From Solirubrobacteraceae bacterium (GTDB taxonomy: Bacteria; Actinomycetota; Thermoleophilia; Solirubrobacterales; Solirubrobacteraceae), in the NCBI GenBank assembly GCA_041687955.1, contig JBDNJF010000033.1, forward strand, positions 5,696 to 69,695: a stretch of DNA of 64,000 nt. The letters are read 5' to 3'. The translations under genes and the position numbers were made by a program. Shown here piece after piece: positions 51,048 through 59,806 of the stretch (position 1 is the first letter of the stretch; each line of letters opens with the position of its first letter). Under the pieces are notes generated by a model. It did no database searches and was not told the origin of the DNA. It worked only from the letters and a program-made list of their open reading frames with translations.

Positions 51048-52093
51048 CAGCTCTGGACAGCGGCGGCGTCGGCGGCGTTGGCCGCGCCGCCGCGGCGCAC
51101 TACCTCTGCCCGGGCGCGCTCAATGCCGCCATGCTCAAGCGCCGCTAGGTCGCTCTGCCCACGCCAGTGAACGCGGCCATGGCGACGAACTGTGACCTCC
51201 ATCTGCCCGCCAAGGTGCTCAATTGCGCCGGGAACGTTGCGTCGCTCAGCCGGTAGTGGCACAGGCAACACGTGCGCGGCTCCGAGCGGCGCGTAGCCAT
51301 CAATCTCGACCTGCCAACGCGCGCTGCGGCCGCGCAGCCGCCAATGCTCGTCGCCGACCTCGGCCGAAACCGGGGAGAAGCCGGGGTCACCGAGCCGAAT
51401 CAGCGTTCCGTCGGGCAGTAGCACGACGACGGCGGTCACCTCGGTGCGCAGTGGGCCCGATTCGATTACGCCTCCGGCGAAGGCCACACAAACCTGCGGC
51501 TCCGCAAACCCCTGCGACTGCCCCCACCACCAAGCTGGCGGAAAGCCGCCCTTGCCCCAGTTCTTCTCGGCGTATACCTGCGCGCCCTCAAACTCCCAGA
51601 GGTCGTTGCCAAGCTGCGCGCTGCCACTGGCACTGCCGCCCAGCAGCCAAGGATGCCAGTATTGGTTCAGCGCCGGAACCGACTGAAAGATGCTTGAACC
51701 ACCGAGGACGCGGCGCGGCCAAGGGCGGGCGTTCTCGATCCTTAGGTCCAGTTGAGCGTCTGGGCCAAGGTCAACCTTTACGCGGTCGGGGTCGGCGTGA
51801 AAGGCGTCGCCGGCGCGAGCGCCAAGCTGCTCCCAGTCGGCCGCTCCTTCGCCGTGAGCGACCGTGCGCAGGAAGCAATTTGGGTAGCCGGCAAGGCCCA
51901 AAGTTGACCAGTGACCGTCCGCAGCGCGGTTGACCCCGATTAGCGCGATCACGACTCGTCCGCTCGCAGGATCAGTGATGCGCCAGAAATAGCCTTCCAT
52001 TGCAACCCCGTGATAGGGGAGCGGATCGCCGAACGGCAGGTCCGCTCCGCCAGCTCGGTAGGCCAGCAGCGCTGTTTGAAGTTGAGACGTCAC
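51047..52093 (-). CDS. tocopherol-cyclase-family-like protein
   Basis: MEGYFWRI near the N-terminus and YAEKNWGKGGFPPAWWWGQ, which matches my memory of the tocopherol-cyclase signature (EKNWG..FP..W.W.Q). Confidence 0.6.
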   Translation of the reverse strand: MTSQLQTALLAYRAGGADLPFGDPLPYHGVAMEGYFWRITDPASGRVVIALIGVNRAADGHWSTLGLAGYPNCFLRTVAHGEGAADWEQLGARAGDAFHADPDRVKVDLGPDAQLDLRIENARPWPRRVLGGSSIFQSVPALNQYWHPWLLGGSASGSAQLGNDLWEFEGAQVYAEKNWGKGGFPPAWWWGQSQGFAEPQVCVAFAGGVIESGPLRTEVTAVVVLLPDGTLIRLGDPGFSPVSAEVGDEHWRLRGRSARWQVEIDGYAPLGAAHVLPVPLPAERRNVPGAIEHLGGQMEVTVRRHGRVHWRGQSDLAALEHGGIERARAEVVRRGGAANAADAAAVQS

Positions 52094-52194
52094 GTGTGAA
52101 ACTTATGAGATCTTGCCCTTCCAAACGCGCCTGCTCTGCCGTAAGTTGTCAAAGCAGCTAGAAACTAGGAGCAACCAACCAAGAGGAGAGACCC

Positions 52195-52674
52195 ATGAGT
52201 GATGATCAGATTGAAGACGACATCGAAGTCGTCGCCGCAGCAGAAGACCAGCTTGAAGCCGACGCCGAACTCGTCTCTGACGCAATCGTCGGTCTTGAGG
52301 TGGAAGCTGAAATTGTTGCCGCCGCTGAAGATGAGCTGTTAGCTGAAGCTGAAATTGTTGCCGCTGCTGAAGATCAGCTGGTCGCCGATGCCGGCCTAGT
52401 TGCCGACGCAGCCGCCGATCCAAATTCCGATCCAGCGCTCGTCGCAGCGGCCGAAGACGCACTCCTAGAAGAGGCTGAGATTGTTGCCGCCGCTGAAGAT
52501 CAGCTGGTCGAAGACGCAGTAATCGTCGCCGCAGCGGAGGAGCAGCTACTCGAGGACGCCGAAGCGGTCGTCGAGGGAATCGAAATCGTCGAAGCTGAGG
52601 CTGAACTGGTTGACGCCGCGGAACAAGAACTAGCCGCCGAGATCGTCGAAGACGCGCTCGAAGAGAAGGACTAG
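52195..52674 (+). CDS. hyper-acidic tandem-repeat protein (about 10 x 14-aa units), unknown function
   Basis: Strong SD (AGGAGAGACCC-ATG). 42-nt in-frame periodicity, with near-identical DNA copies starting at 52303, 52345 and 52471. A GC-rich hairpin follows immediately downstream. Confidence 0.65.
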   Translation: MSDDQIEDDIEVVAAAEDQLEADAELVSDAIVGLEVEAEIVAAAEDELLAEAEIVAAAEDQLVADAGLVADAAADPNSDPALVAAAEDALLEEAEIVAAAEDQLVEDAVIVAAAEEQLLEDAEAVVEGIEIVEAEAELVDAAEQELAAEIVEDALEEKD

Positions 52675-52699
52675 AAAGCGGCGGCTAAACGCCGCTTTC
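52674..52699. terminator. 10-bp perfect stem-loop (GAAAGCGGCG-N6-CGCCGCTTTC) between convergent genes
   Basis: Read directly from the sequence. Starts at the last base of the acidic-protein stop codon and overlaps the DUF2252 stop codon. Only short T runs, so it would be a weak intrinsic terminator. Confidence 0.45.
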
Positions 52700-54100
52700 A
52701 ACCTTAATTCTGCCGCTCTTCTCGGCCTCTTTTAGGGCCTCGAAGTCGAGTTCGTTCTGATCAGCGTAAGCGTCACCGAATGCTGCCAGCGATTCAGCGA
52801 AGGTCGCCCCGCTACCGAGGTAGCCGGAGATCGTTGCTGCGTCGCCGGAGCGAGCGTGAGCGTGCGCTAGCACGCCGCCGCAGAGCGCGCCGTAGCGAGC
52901 CAAACCGACGGCGTCGAGCTTCGCAACGTCAACCGAGCCCTTCCCGTCGCGCAGCTGCCGCAGGTAGTAGTGCTTCTTCTGCCCACCGGTACCGGTCGCC
53001 CAACCAAGGAACGGGTCGCTCGCAGACTGCATGATCCGCTGGCCTCGGACTACGCGCTCACCCGCCTGCTTGTACTCGCTGTTGCCGGCGTACGGAGCGA
53101 GAACCGACTGCTGGGCTTCCTTGAACTGCAGAAAGAGAGGATCTGAGTCGCTGTCGCCCATCAGCAGCATCATGAAGGCCTGCGTGCCGACTGAACCGAC
53201 GCCCACTACCTTGCGCGCGAAGTCGGCGCGGCGGTAGCGGCTGATCACCATCCGGCGGTCAGGCTCAAGCGTGTCGAGGTAATCGCTGTAGCCCTTGTCA
53301 ACGATCTTCTCTAGGTCCTTCGCCATCGCGAGCGGGATTGGCACGACGACCGGAGGGTCAGCCTTGATTTTGAAGCCATCGTTGGTCTTCTCAGCAAATC
53401 GCGATAGCGAACCGAGATTGGTCTTACTTTCAGCCTTCGCAGCGAACTTGTCGATGCCCTTCTTCGCAACGGCGTCGCCCGATTCATCGACGGCGCCAAC
53501 GATGTCCGACATGTTGACGCGCTCGTACCAAACCTGCAGGTACGGCAGCTCGGCGAGCTCGTGCATCCTGACCTGATACCTGGCGGCGGTTGCCTGGGCG
53601 GCGTCGCGAGCCTCGCTCGCCTTCAGGCCATTATCGCGGGCGGAGATCGTAATACTGGCCACGAGCCGCTTGAGGTCCCACTCAAACGAAGCGGGCAGCG
53701 TCTCATCAAAGTCGTTGAGGTCAAACACAAGGCTGCGGTCAGGTGCGGCGTAGGTGCCGAAGTTGAGCAGGTGGGCGTCGCCGCAGCACTGCACGCGCAT
53801 GTTTGTCGTTGGCGTATGGGCTAGATCCCAGGCCATGATTCCAGCGCCGCCACGGTAAAAGGTGCCGGGCGAGACGAGCATCCGCCCGTAGCGGATTGGA
53901 ATGAGGTCGGGCACGCGCTGAGCGGCCTGCGCTTCGAGTGTTGCGACCGGGTCGGGGCGATTAGCCGGGGCTGTCCAATGCGCCTGAGTGCTGCGCGGGA
54001 TCGCCTTGCGCAGTTCCTTGCCGGCTTCGTACTTGGCCTCAGTGATCGGCGAGGACGATGTTGGCTCGTCGGTCTGCTCTTCCTTCTTCTTTTTTGCCAT
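52685..54100 (-). CDS. DUF2252 domain-containing protein
   Basis: RYGRMLVSPGTFYRGGAGIMAWDLA...VQCCGDAHLLNFGTYAAPDRSLVFDLNDFDET matches the DUF2252 signature as I recall it. Start at ATG 54100 (MAKKKKEEQ). Confidence 0.8.
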   Translation of the reverse strand: MAKKKKEEQTDEPTSSSPITEAKYEAGKELRKAIPRSTQAHWTAPANRPDPVATLEAQAAQRVPDLIPIRYGRMLVSPGTFYRGGAGIMAWDLAHTPTTNMRVQCCGDAHLLNFGTYAAPDRSLVFDLNDFDETLPASFEWDLKRLVASITISARDNGLKASEARDAAQATAARYQVRMHELAELPYLQVWYERVNMSDIVGAVDESGDAVAKKGIDKFAAKAESKTNLGSLSRFAEKTNDGFKIKADPPVVVPIPLAMAKDLEKIVDKGYSDYLDTLEPDRRMVISRYRRADFARKVVGVGSVGTQAFMMLLMGDSDSDPLFLQFKEAQQSVLAPYAGNSEYKQAGERVVRGQRIMQSASDPFLGWATGTGGQKKHYYLRQLRDGKGSVDVAKLDAVGLARYGALCGGVLAHAHARSGDAATISGYLGSGATFAESLAAFGDAYADQNELDFEALKEAEKSGRIKVESGV

Positions 54101-54105
54101 CTTGC

Positions 54106-54798
54106 TCAGCCCCCAAAGCGGAATCGAATTAGCGCGGCAACAGCTCCGAAGCCGTCGCGCCACGTTATCTTCTTGCCCTCTTCGTATGTTCTGCCGTAGT
54201 AAGAGATCGCGACTTCGAAGAGGCGAATGTTTCTGTGGCGCAGCACCTTCGCAGTGACCTCGGGCTCGAAGGCGAAATCGTTTGAGACGAGCTTAATTGA
54301 GCGAATCAGGTCGCCGCTGAAGGCTTTGTAGCCGACCTCCATGTCGCTGATCGTCGTGTTGTAAAGAATGTTCGTAAGTAGCGATAGGAAACGGTTGCCG
54401 GCGTAATGCCAGAAGAGGTGAGCGCGCTGCGTCTCGCCGCCACGGAAGCGCGTTCCGTAAACGACGTCTGCGACGCCGTCGAAGAGCGGCTGCAGCAGCT
54501 TCGGAATGTCTGACGGGTCGTACTCGAGGTCGGCGTCTTGAATCATCACGAACTCGCCGGTTGATGCGTTGATGCCGCTGCGAACTGCGGCGCCCTTACC
54601 TTGGTTGCGTTCGTGGACAATCAAACGCAGGCCAGGGATCTCGGATTCCAGACCACTGACGATCTCCACCGTCTCGTCGATTGAGCCATCATCAACGACA
54701 AGGATTTCGGCGTCGAAGTCGAGCTCGGCAAGACGGCGTAGAACCTGCTCTATGGTGCGAGCCTCGTTGTAAGCCGGCACAATCACGGTGACGCGCAT
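54106..54798 (-). CDS. family 2 glycosyltransferase (polyprenol-phosphate sugar synthase-like)
   Basis: VTVIVPAYNEA, VVDDGSIDET, MIQDADLEYDP (DxD). Start at ATG 54798. Confidence 0.85.
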   Translation of the reverse strand: MRVTVIVPAYNEARTIEQVLRRLAELDFDAEILVVDDGSIDETVEIVSGLESEIPGLRLIVHERNQGKGAAVRSGINASTGEFVMIQDADLEYDPSDIPKLLQPLFDGVADVVYGTRFRGGETQRAHLFWHYAGNRFLSLLTNILYNTTISDMEVGYKAFSGDLIRSIKLVSNDFAFEPEVTAKVLRHRNIRLFEVAISYYGRTYEEGKKITWRDGFGAVAALIRFRFGG

Positions 54799-54873
54799 TA
54801 GATCCTTTTTATACTCGATCGCTGACGTTGTTTGCCCTACAGGACAAGCCAACGATCCGCCAGCTTTCCTAAA

Positions 54874-54947
<74 letters not shown>

Positions 54948-54996
54948 ACGTATTCGTAAGGCTAGCAGTGGAGCGGCGCCCGCGCAGGCAGTGAAA

Positions 54997-56388
54997 TTAG
55001 ACGACCGCGACGCGCGCGATGGTCGTAGCCGACTGGTAGTAGAGGTCGCGGCCAAAGCCCGGCGCTGAAAAGAGGTAACACTGGCAGGGTGACGGCACGT
55101 CAACTCTTGCCTTATCGGCTCCAGTGTCGAGATCGAGCACGACGAGCTGGTCGTGCCCGAGCGCAACGCCGTGCTTGCGAACTAGCGCAAACTTGCCGAG
55201 CGCTTGGAGCACGGGGCGCGTGAAGCGGCGGATAGCCGGGCGCCGCATCCGCTCCGGCTGCTTCCAGTCTTGAACTACCAGCTCGCGCGTGTCGGCGTAG
55301 AGAATCAGGTGCCCGGCGTGAGCGAAGCCGTCACGGCGCCAAAGCTCTTCCATCTTGTCGCCAACGAGGCGCCAAGCGCGCAGCACCGCGTTGCCGGCGT
55401 CGTAGGCGATCACAACGCCACGTATAGGATCCCACGCCGGGGGGTTGGACTCAGTGCCGTACGGCAAGCCACTGATTTCGGTCGAATCGATCTTTGAAGC
55501 ATCGTCGCGCCGCGCCCACCAGAGCCGCACAGGGTCTGGCGCCGCGCCGCAGTCGAGCATCGTGACGTCGGTCTCATTCTGACCGTTGTCCATCCACAGA
55601 ACGTGCTGCTCAGTGATCACTGGGTCCCAGCCGTAGCTGCGGCCTGGCGCCGGCCCGTAAGACGGCTGCCAATCCTCGTCAACGACAATCTTGCCGGCCG
55701 CGCGATCGAGATGGAGTCGAAAAACTTTTGTTGTGCCGATAACGATCACGTTTTCACCGTCGCTACAGAGCCGGCCGATCGATGGTTCCGGCAGCGTCAG
55801 TGGCTCTGCGACCGGCAGCAGCGTAATTGGGTCGAGGATCGAAACCGTTGACGGCGCGAGGCCGGCCGGAGCATCGCAATCCTTCGTCACCAGCTCACCA
55901 CCGTTCAAGATCACAAACGAGTTGTGCGGCCGCGCGACAGGCAGCTTGTGCGAGGCGAGCACTTCCAAATCGGCTGTCAACCGATGTACCCAGCCACCAA
56001 AGACCATGTAGATGTCGCCGTTAGCGTGGCAGCCAATGCCGCCGGGCCAGTACGGACCGCCAGGGAGCTTCGGCGTTGAGGCGACCACCTCGAGCGTTAT
56101 TGGATCGAGCTTCTCGGTCCAGCCGCGCACCGGCGCCGACTGGGCGCCGCCGGTCCAAGGCATCTCGTGGCGCAGCGCGTAGAGCTCGCCTTCGTTGCGC
56201 CGGATCACCATGTCGCTGGCAAAGGCGTCTTTTACGGCTTTTACCTCGAGCCGCTCGCCTGGCTCAATGCCGAGCCCCGCCTGCCCGCTGGCGCAGCACC
56301 AGCGCAGCGAGCCACCGTCCTCACTGCTCCAAGGAGTCGGCCAATACTGGCCAACTTCGTCAACGGGAAACTGCACTTGATCGGTCAT
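54997..56388 (-). CDS. hypothetical protein (probable beta-propeller-like fold)
   Basis: 463-aa ORF with consistent codon bias, no signal peptide, and repetitive beta-strand-like segments. Family not recognised. Confidence 0.6.
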   Translation of the reverse strand: MTDQVQFPVDEVGQYWPTPWSSEDGGSLRWCCASGQAGLGIEPGERLEVKAVKDAFASDMVIRRNEGELYALRHEMPWTGGAQSAPVRGWTEKLDPITLEVVASTPKLPGGPYWPGGIGCHANGDIYMVFGGWVHRLTADLEVLASHKLPVARPHNSFVILNGGELVTKDCDAPAGLAPSTVSILDPITLLPVAEPLTLPEPSIGRLCSDGENVIVIGTTKVFRLHLDRAAGKIVVDEDWQPSYGPAPGRSYGWDPVITEQHVLWMDNGQNETDVTMLDCGAAPDPVRLWWARRDDASKIDSTEISGLPYGTESNPPAWDPIRGVVIAYDAGNAVLRAWRLVGDKMEELWRRDGFAHAGHLILYADTRELVVQDWKQPERMRRPAIRRFTRPVLQALGKFALVRKHGVALGHDQLVVLDLDTGADKARVDVPSPCQCYLFSAPGFGRDLYYQSATTIARVAVV

Positions 56389-56432
56389 CGGCCAGCGAGG
56401 CTATTCGAGCCCGCCGGCAGGGTGCCTCGCGG

Positions 56433-57857
56433 TCAGCCGACCTTCTCGATCCCTGGCGGCTTCCAAGTGCCGTTCAGAATCGACTTGGTCGGGATGTAGA
56501 GGCGCATGTTGAGGCGGAAACCAGCGGGCGGCGAAGGCAGCCAGTTGACTTCCTTCTCCGTTGGCTTCGTCTGCTGGACGACAATGACGACCGAGCCATC
56601 CTTGCGCGTAATTAATCCCGGATGGTCAGGGCCCAGTGCGTAAACCTTCGCGTCGTTTGGAACCAGATAGCCATTGGTGTCGTACATCGTCACCGACCAG
56701 AAGCCCTTGACCGGTGGCAACTTGCCACGTTTGAAGACCATTCGGTACTTGTTGGCGCCGCTGAGCAAGTCGCCAGCAGCGTCGGTTAGGGCCGTTGGGT
56801 AGGTCGACTCATCGACCGTGTTGATGCCGATACCAATCAGCGCCACTCGGGCTCGCATCGTGTAATCGGTTCCAAAGATGCCGACCTTTGGCGAAGGGTC
56901 GTACCAGCCGCCGTTGGCCTTTGCCTGATTTAGGATCGGCAGCCTTGCCTCAGTTGGGAGCGATGCGGCGGCAGCGTCAACGCCTGCAGCAAGACCTTCC
57001 AGCACGGGTGCTGGCAGCCCCGCGGTGCTAGGCCGCAGCCCAGCGCCAACTCCTACCGTCTTGAGCCGATCAACGGTCGCCTTGTCGCGCGCTGGCGGCG
57101 GGTCATCGGCCATTCCGGCGCTCAACATGTCAAGGAAATCGAGCCCCGCCGGTTCGACCGTCTTTGGTCGACCGGGAGTCAGTTTGCGCGGCTTTGGAAG
57201 CGCCTTGCCGGCCGTGAGATCGGCGAGCGTGCCAAGCCGGTACTGCGCCATCAGCTTCTTTGCCTTCGTTTCATCCTTGGGGCCACTGACCAGCGTGCGG
57301 CCGATTACCCAGAGGCGCCGCGCAGATGACTTGAAGACTTTGACGCCCTTAGGCAGCGCCTTCTTTGATTTTGCGCCGCTCCACTCCAGCGCCCATGTTC
57401 CTCCAGCCGAGCCATTGAGGCGACTGCCGATGTAGCCGACGACGTTGGTGTAGGGCTCAACGAACTCAAAAGTCCAATAACGGCCGCTCATCTTCGGCAC
57501 CTTTAGCACGAGCGGGCCGTTGCCAAGATCAAGCTGGGCAAGCGAGTAGAGCGTGTCGGTGTTTGGTGCGACGACGCCTTGGGCCGCTGGCGTGGCCAGC
57601 TTCTGCGCGTTGGCGAGCACGTTCATAGGCGCACTTAGCTCAAGGTCGGCCTTACGAATGAGGTTGAACTCGTTCAGCGGAAAGCCGTAGGTGTGAGCCT
57701 CCTTACCGAGCGCAACGCCAGCTGCGCGCTGCTCCGCCTCGCTCATCTGGCCAAAGCTGGGAGCGCCAGCCGACGCCGGCACCGCCGTGGATGCAAGCGC
57801 TACAGCGATAGTCACGCCCATCAGAACTAGTCTCTTCATCCCCATAACAGGAAACAT
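56433..57857 (-). CDS. secreted DUF1254/DUF1214 domain protein
   Basis: Signal peptide. YGFPLNEFNLIR (DUF1254-like) and FWSVTMYD (DUF1214-like) motifs. Confidence 0.75.
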   Translation of the reverse strand: MFPVMGMKRLVLMGVTIAVALASTAVPASAGAPSFGQMSEAEQRAAGVALGKEAHTYGFPLNEFNLIRKADLELSAPMNVLANAQKLATPAAQGVVAPNTDTLYSLAQLDLGNGPLVLKVPKMSGRYWTFEFVEPYTNVVGYIGSRLNGSAGGTWALEWSGAKSKKALPKGVKVFKSSARRLWVIGRTLVSGPKDETKAKKLMAQYRLGTLADLTAGKALPKPRKLTPGRPKTVEPAGLDFLDMLSAGMADDPPPARDKATVDRLKTVGVGAGLRPSTAGLPAPVLEGLAAGVDAAAASLPTEARLPILNQAKANGGWYDPSPKVGIFGTDYTMRARVALIGIGINTVDESTYPTALTDAAGDLLSGANKYRMVFKRGKLPPVKGFWSVTMYDTNGYLVPNDAKVYALGPDHPGLITRKDGSVVIVVQQTKPTEKEVNWLPSPPAGFRLNMRLYIPTKSILNGTWKPPGIEKVG

Positions 57858-57921
57858 TACCGTGCTGTGCTAGTCAGCGTCGCGGTTGCCTTCGCTCGCA
57901 GGCTAGGTATCGTGCCGCGCG

Positions 57922-58857
57922 ATGGCGAAGATCTTTGTAGCCCGGGGACTCCCGGGAAATGCAATCGACCGGCTGCGCGAGGCCGGGCACGAGGTGGCCG
58001 TTCACGCTGGCGCGCTGCCGCCTACCCGCGACGAGCTGCTGGCAGGCGTGGCCGACGCCGACGGCCTACTCTCGCTGCTTACTGACCGCGTTGACGACGA
58101 TCTGCTGGGCCGCGCGCCAAACCTGAAGGCGATCGCAAACTTCGCCGTCGGCTGCGACAACATCGACCTTGCAGCTGCCGCCGAGCGCGGGATCCCGGTC
58201 GGCGTAGCCGCTCACGTGCTGACAGACGCGACCGCCGACCTGACAATGGCGCTTCTGCTGGCATCAGCGCGCAACCTTCCGCAAGGTGAACGTGACGCTC
58301 GCGAAGGCCGCTGGCAAACCTGGGAGCCAGAAGGCTGGCTGGGGCGCGAGCTGCGCGGCACAAAACTGCTGATCGTCGGCCGCGGGCGGATTGGCCAGGC
58401 GGTCGCCGACCGAGCAGAGCCGTTTGGAATCGAGATCAGCTTCGCTGGCCGCGACGACGACCTCCACGCCGCGCTGGCGCAGGCCGACATTGTCAGCGTT
58501 CACTGCCCACTCAACGAGCAGACCCGACACCTGATCGATGCTGCTGCGCTTGCCGCGATGAAGCCCGATGCGCTGCTGATCAACACCACCCGCGGCGGCG
58601 TTGTCGACCAAGCGGCGCTAATTGAGGCGCTCCAGGCAGGCACGATTGGCGGCGCCGCGCTCGATGTCACGGACCCTGAACCACCCTCAGCAGATGACCC
58701 AATCTACGACGCACCCAACTGCCTGATCGTGCCGCACATCGGCTCGGCAACGGCAACGACGCGCGCGGCGATGGGCAACTGCGCCGCCGACAATCTGCTC
58801 GCAGCCCTAGCCGGCAAACCGATGCCTACACCTGCGCCGGCGCCGCCATCAGCGTAA
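57922..58857 (+). CDS. D-2-hydroxyacid dehydrogenase (glyoxylate/hydroxypyruvate reductase-like)
   Basis: GRGRIGQAVADRA NAD motif, TRGGVVDQAAL, PHIGSAT. Confidence 0.85.
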   Translation: MAKIFVARGLPGNAIDRLREAGHEVAVHAGALPPTRDELLAGVADADGLLSLLTDRVDDDLLGRAPNLKAIANFAVGCDNIDLAAAAERGIPVGVAAHVLTDATADLTMALLLASARNLPQGERDAREGRWQTWEPEGWLGRELRGTKLLIVGRGRIGQAVADRAEPFGIEISFAGRDDDLHAALAQADIVSVHCPLNEQTRHLIDAAALAAMKPDALLINTTRGGVVDQAALIEALQAGTIGGAALDVTDPEPPSADDPIYDAPNCLIVPHIGSATATTRAAMGNCAADNLLAALAGKPMPTPAPAPPSA

Positions 58858-58867
58858 TCTCGAAGCG

Positions 58868-59797
58868 GTGAGAATCGCCGTCGTTGACATCGGAACCAAC
58901 TCGACGAGGCTGTTGCTCGCTGACGTAGCAGCCAATGGATCAATCACCGAGCTGGCGCGGCGTAGCGAAGTGACGCGGCTCGGCGTTGGAGTCGACGCCA
59001 GCGGAGTTCTCTCAAACGAAGCGATGGAGCGCGTCTTTGTGACCCTTGACGAGTACTCGGCGATGATCGAGGCGATCGGCGGCGCCGACCAGCGCCGCGC
59101 CGTGCTGACGAGCGCAACGCGCGACGCCGCCAACGGAGCCGAGTTCACGCTGCAGGTAGCGGAGCGCTACCAGCTTGACGCGCGCGTGATCGCCGGTGAG
59201 CAGGAGGCTCAGCTCTCATTCCTCGGCGCCACCAGCGGCCGCGACCCCCGCAACGACGAGCGAATAGTCGTCGTTGACATCGGCGGCGGCTCTACCGAGC
59301 TGATCATCGGCCACGGCCGCAGCGTCGGCTTTCACGTGTCAACCCAGCTTGGAGTTGTCCGCCAAAGCGAGCGCCGCATCACCCACGACCCACCGACGAA
59401 TCAAGAGATCGCCCAACTTGGCGCCGAGATTGATGAGGTTCTGGCCGCCGCGGTTCCGATCGACGAGCGGTCTCAGGTGAAGACGATCATCGCCGTCGCC
59501 GGCACCGCCACCTCGATGGCCGCGATCGACCTCGAGCTTGAGCCCTACGACCCGGCGGCCGTCCATGGCCACCGCGTCTCGCTGCAGCGCTGCCGGCAGA
59601 TCGCTGCGCGAATGGCATCGATGCCGGAGGCAGAGCGGCGTGAGGTTGCTGGCCTGCATCCGGACCGCGCGCCAACAATCCTCGCCGGCACACAGATACT
59701 CGTTCACGTGATCGAAGCCTTCGGGCTGGACGGCGTCGAGGTTTCCGAGCACGACATCCTCTACGGCGTTGCGCTCGACGCCGCCTCTAACAGTTAG
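58868..59797 (+). CDS. Ppx/GppA-family phosphatase (exopolyphosphatase-like)
   Basis: RIAVVDIGTNSTRLLLADV, VVDIGGGSTEL. Confidence 0.85.
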   Translation: MRIAVVDIGTNSTRLLLADVAANGSITELARRSEVTRLGVGVDASGVLSNEAMERVFVTLDEYSAMIEAIGGADQRRAVLTSATRDAANGAEFTLQVAERYQLDARVIAGEQEAQLSFLGATSGRDPRNDERIVVVDIGGGSTELIIGHGRSVGFHVSTQLGVVRQSERRITHDPPTNQEIAQLGAEIDEVLAAAVPIDERSQVKTIIAVAGTATSMAAIDLELEPYDPAAVHGHRVSLQRCRQIAARMASMPEAERREVAGLHPDRAPTILAGTQILVHVIEAFGLDGVEVSEHDILYGVALDAASNS

Positions 59798-59806
59798 GCG
59801 CGCCGC

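Noticed and set aside
52103-52462. Listed 119-aa Arg/Gln-rich minus-strand ORF
   Set aside because: It is the mirror image of the GAA/GAC-rich acidic repeat gene. It has no SD and runs across the promoter region. Its Arg-rich composition is what antisense of an Asp/Glu/Ala-rich gene produces.
52300-52510. 42-nt DNA repeats considered as a CRISPR-like or non-coding tandem array
   Set aside because: The repeats are contiguous with no unique spacers, stay in one reading frame, and lie inside an ORF with an SD. This is a coding repeat, not a CRISPR array.
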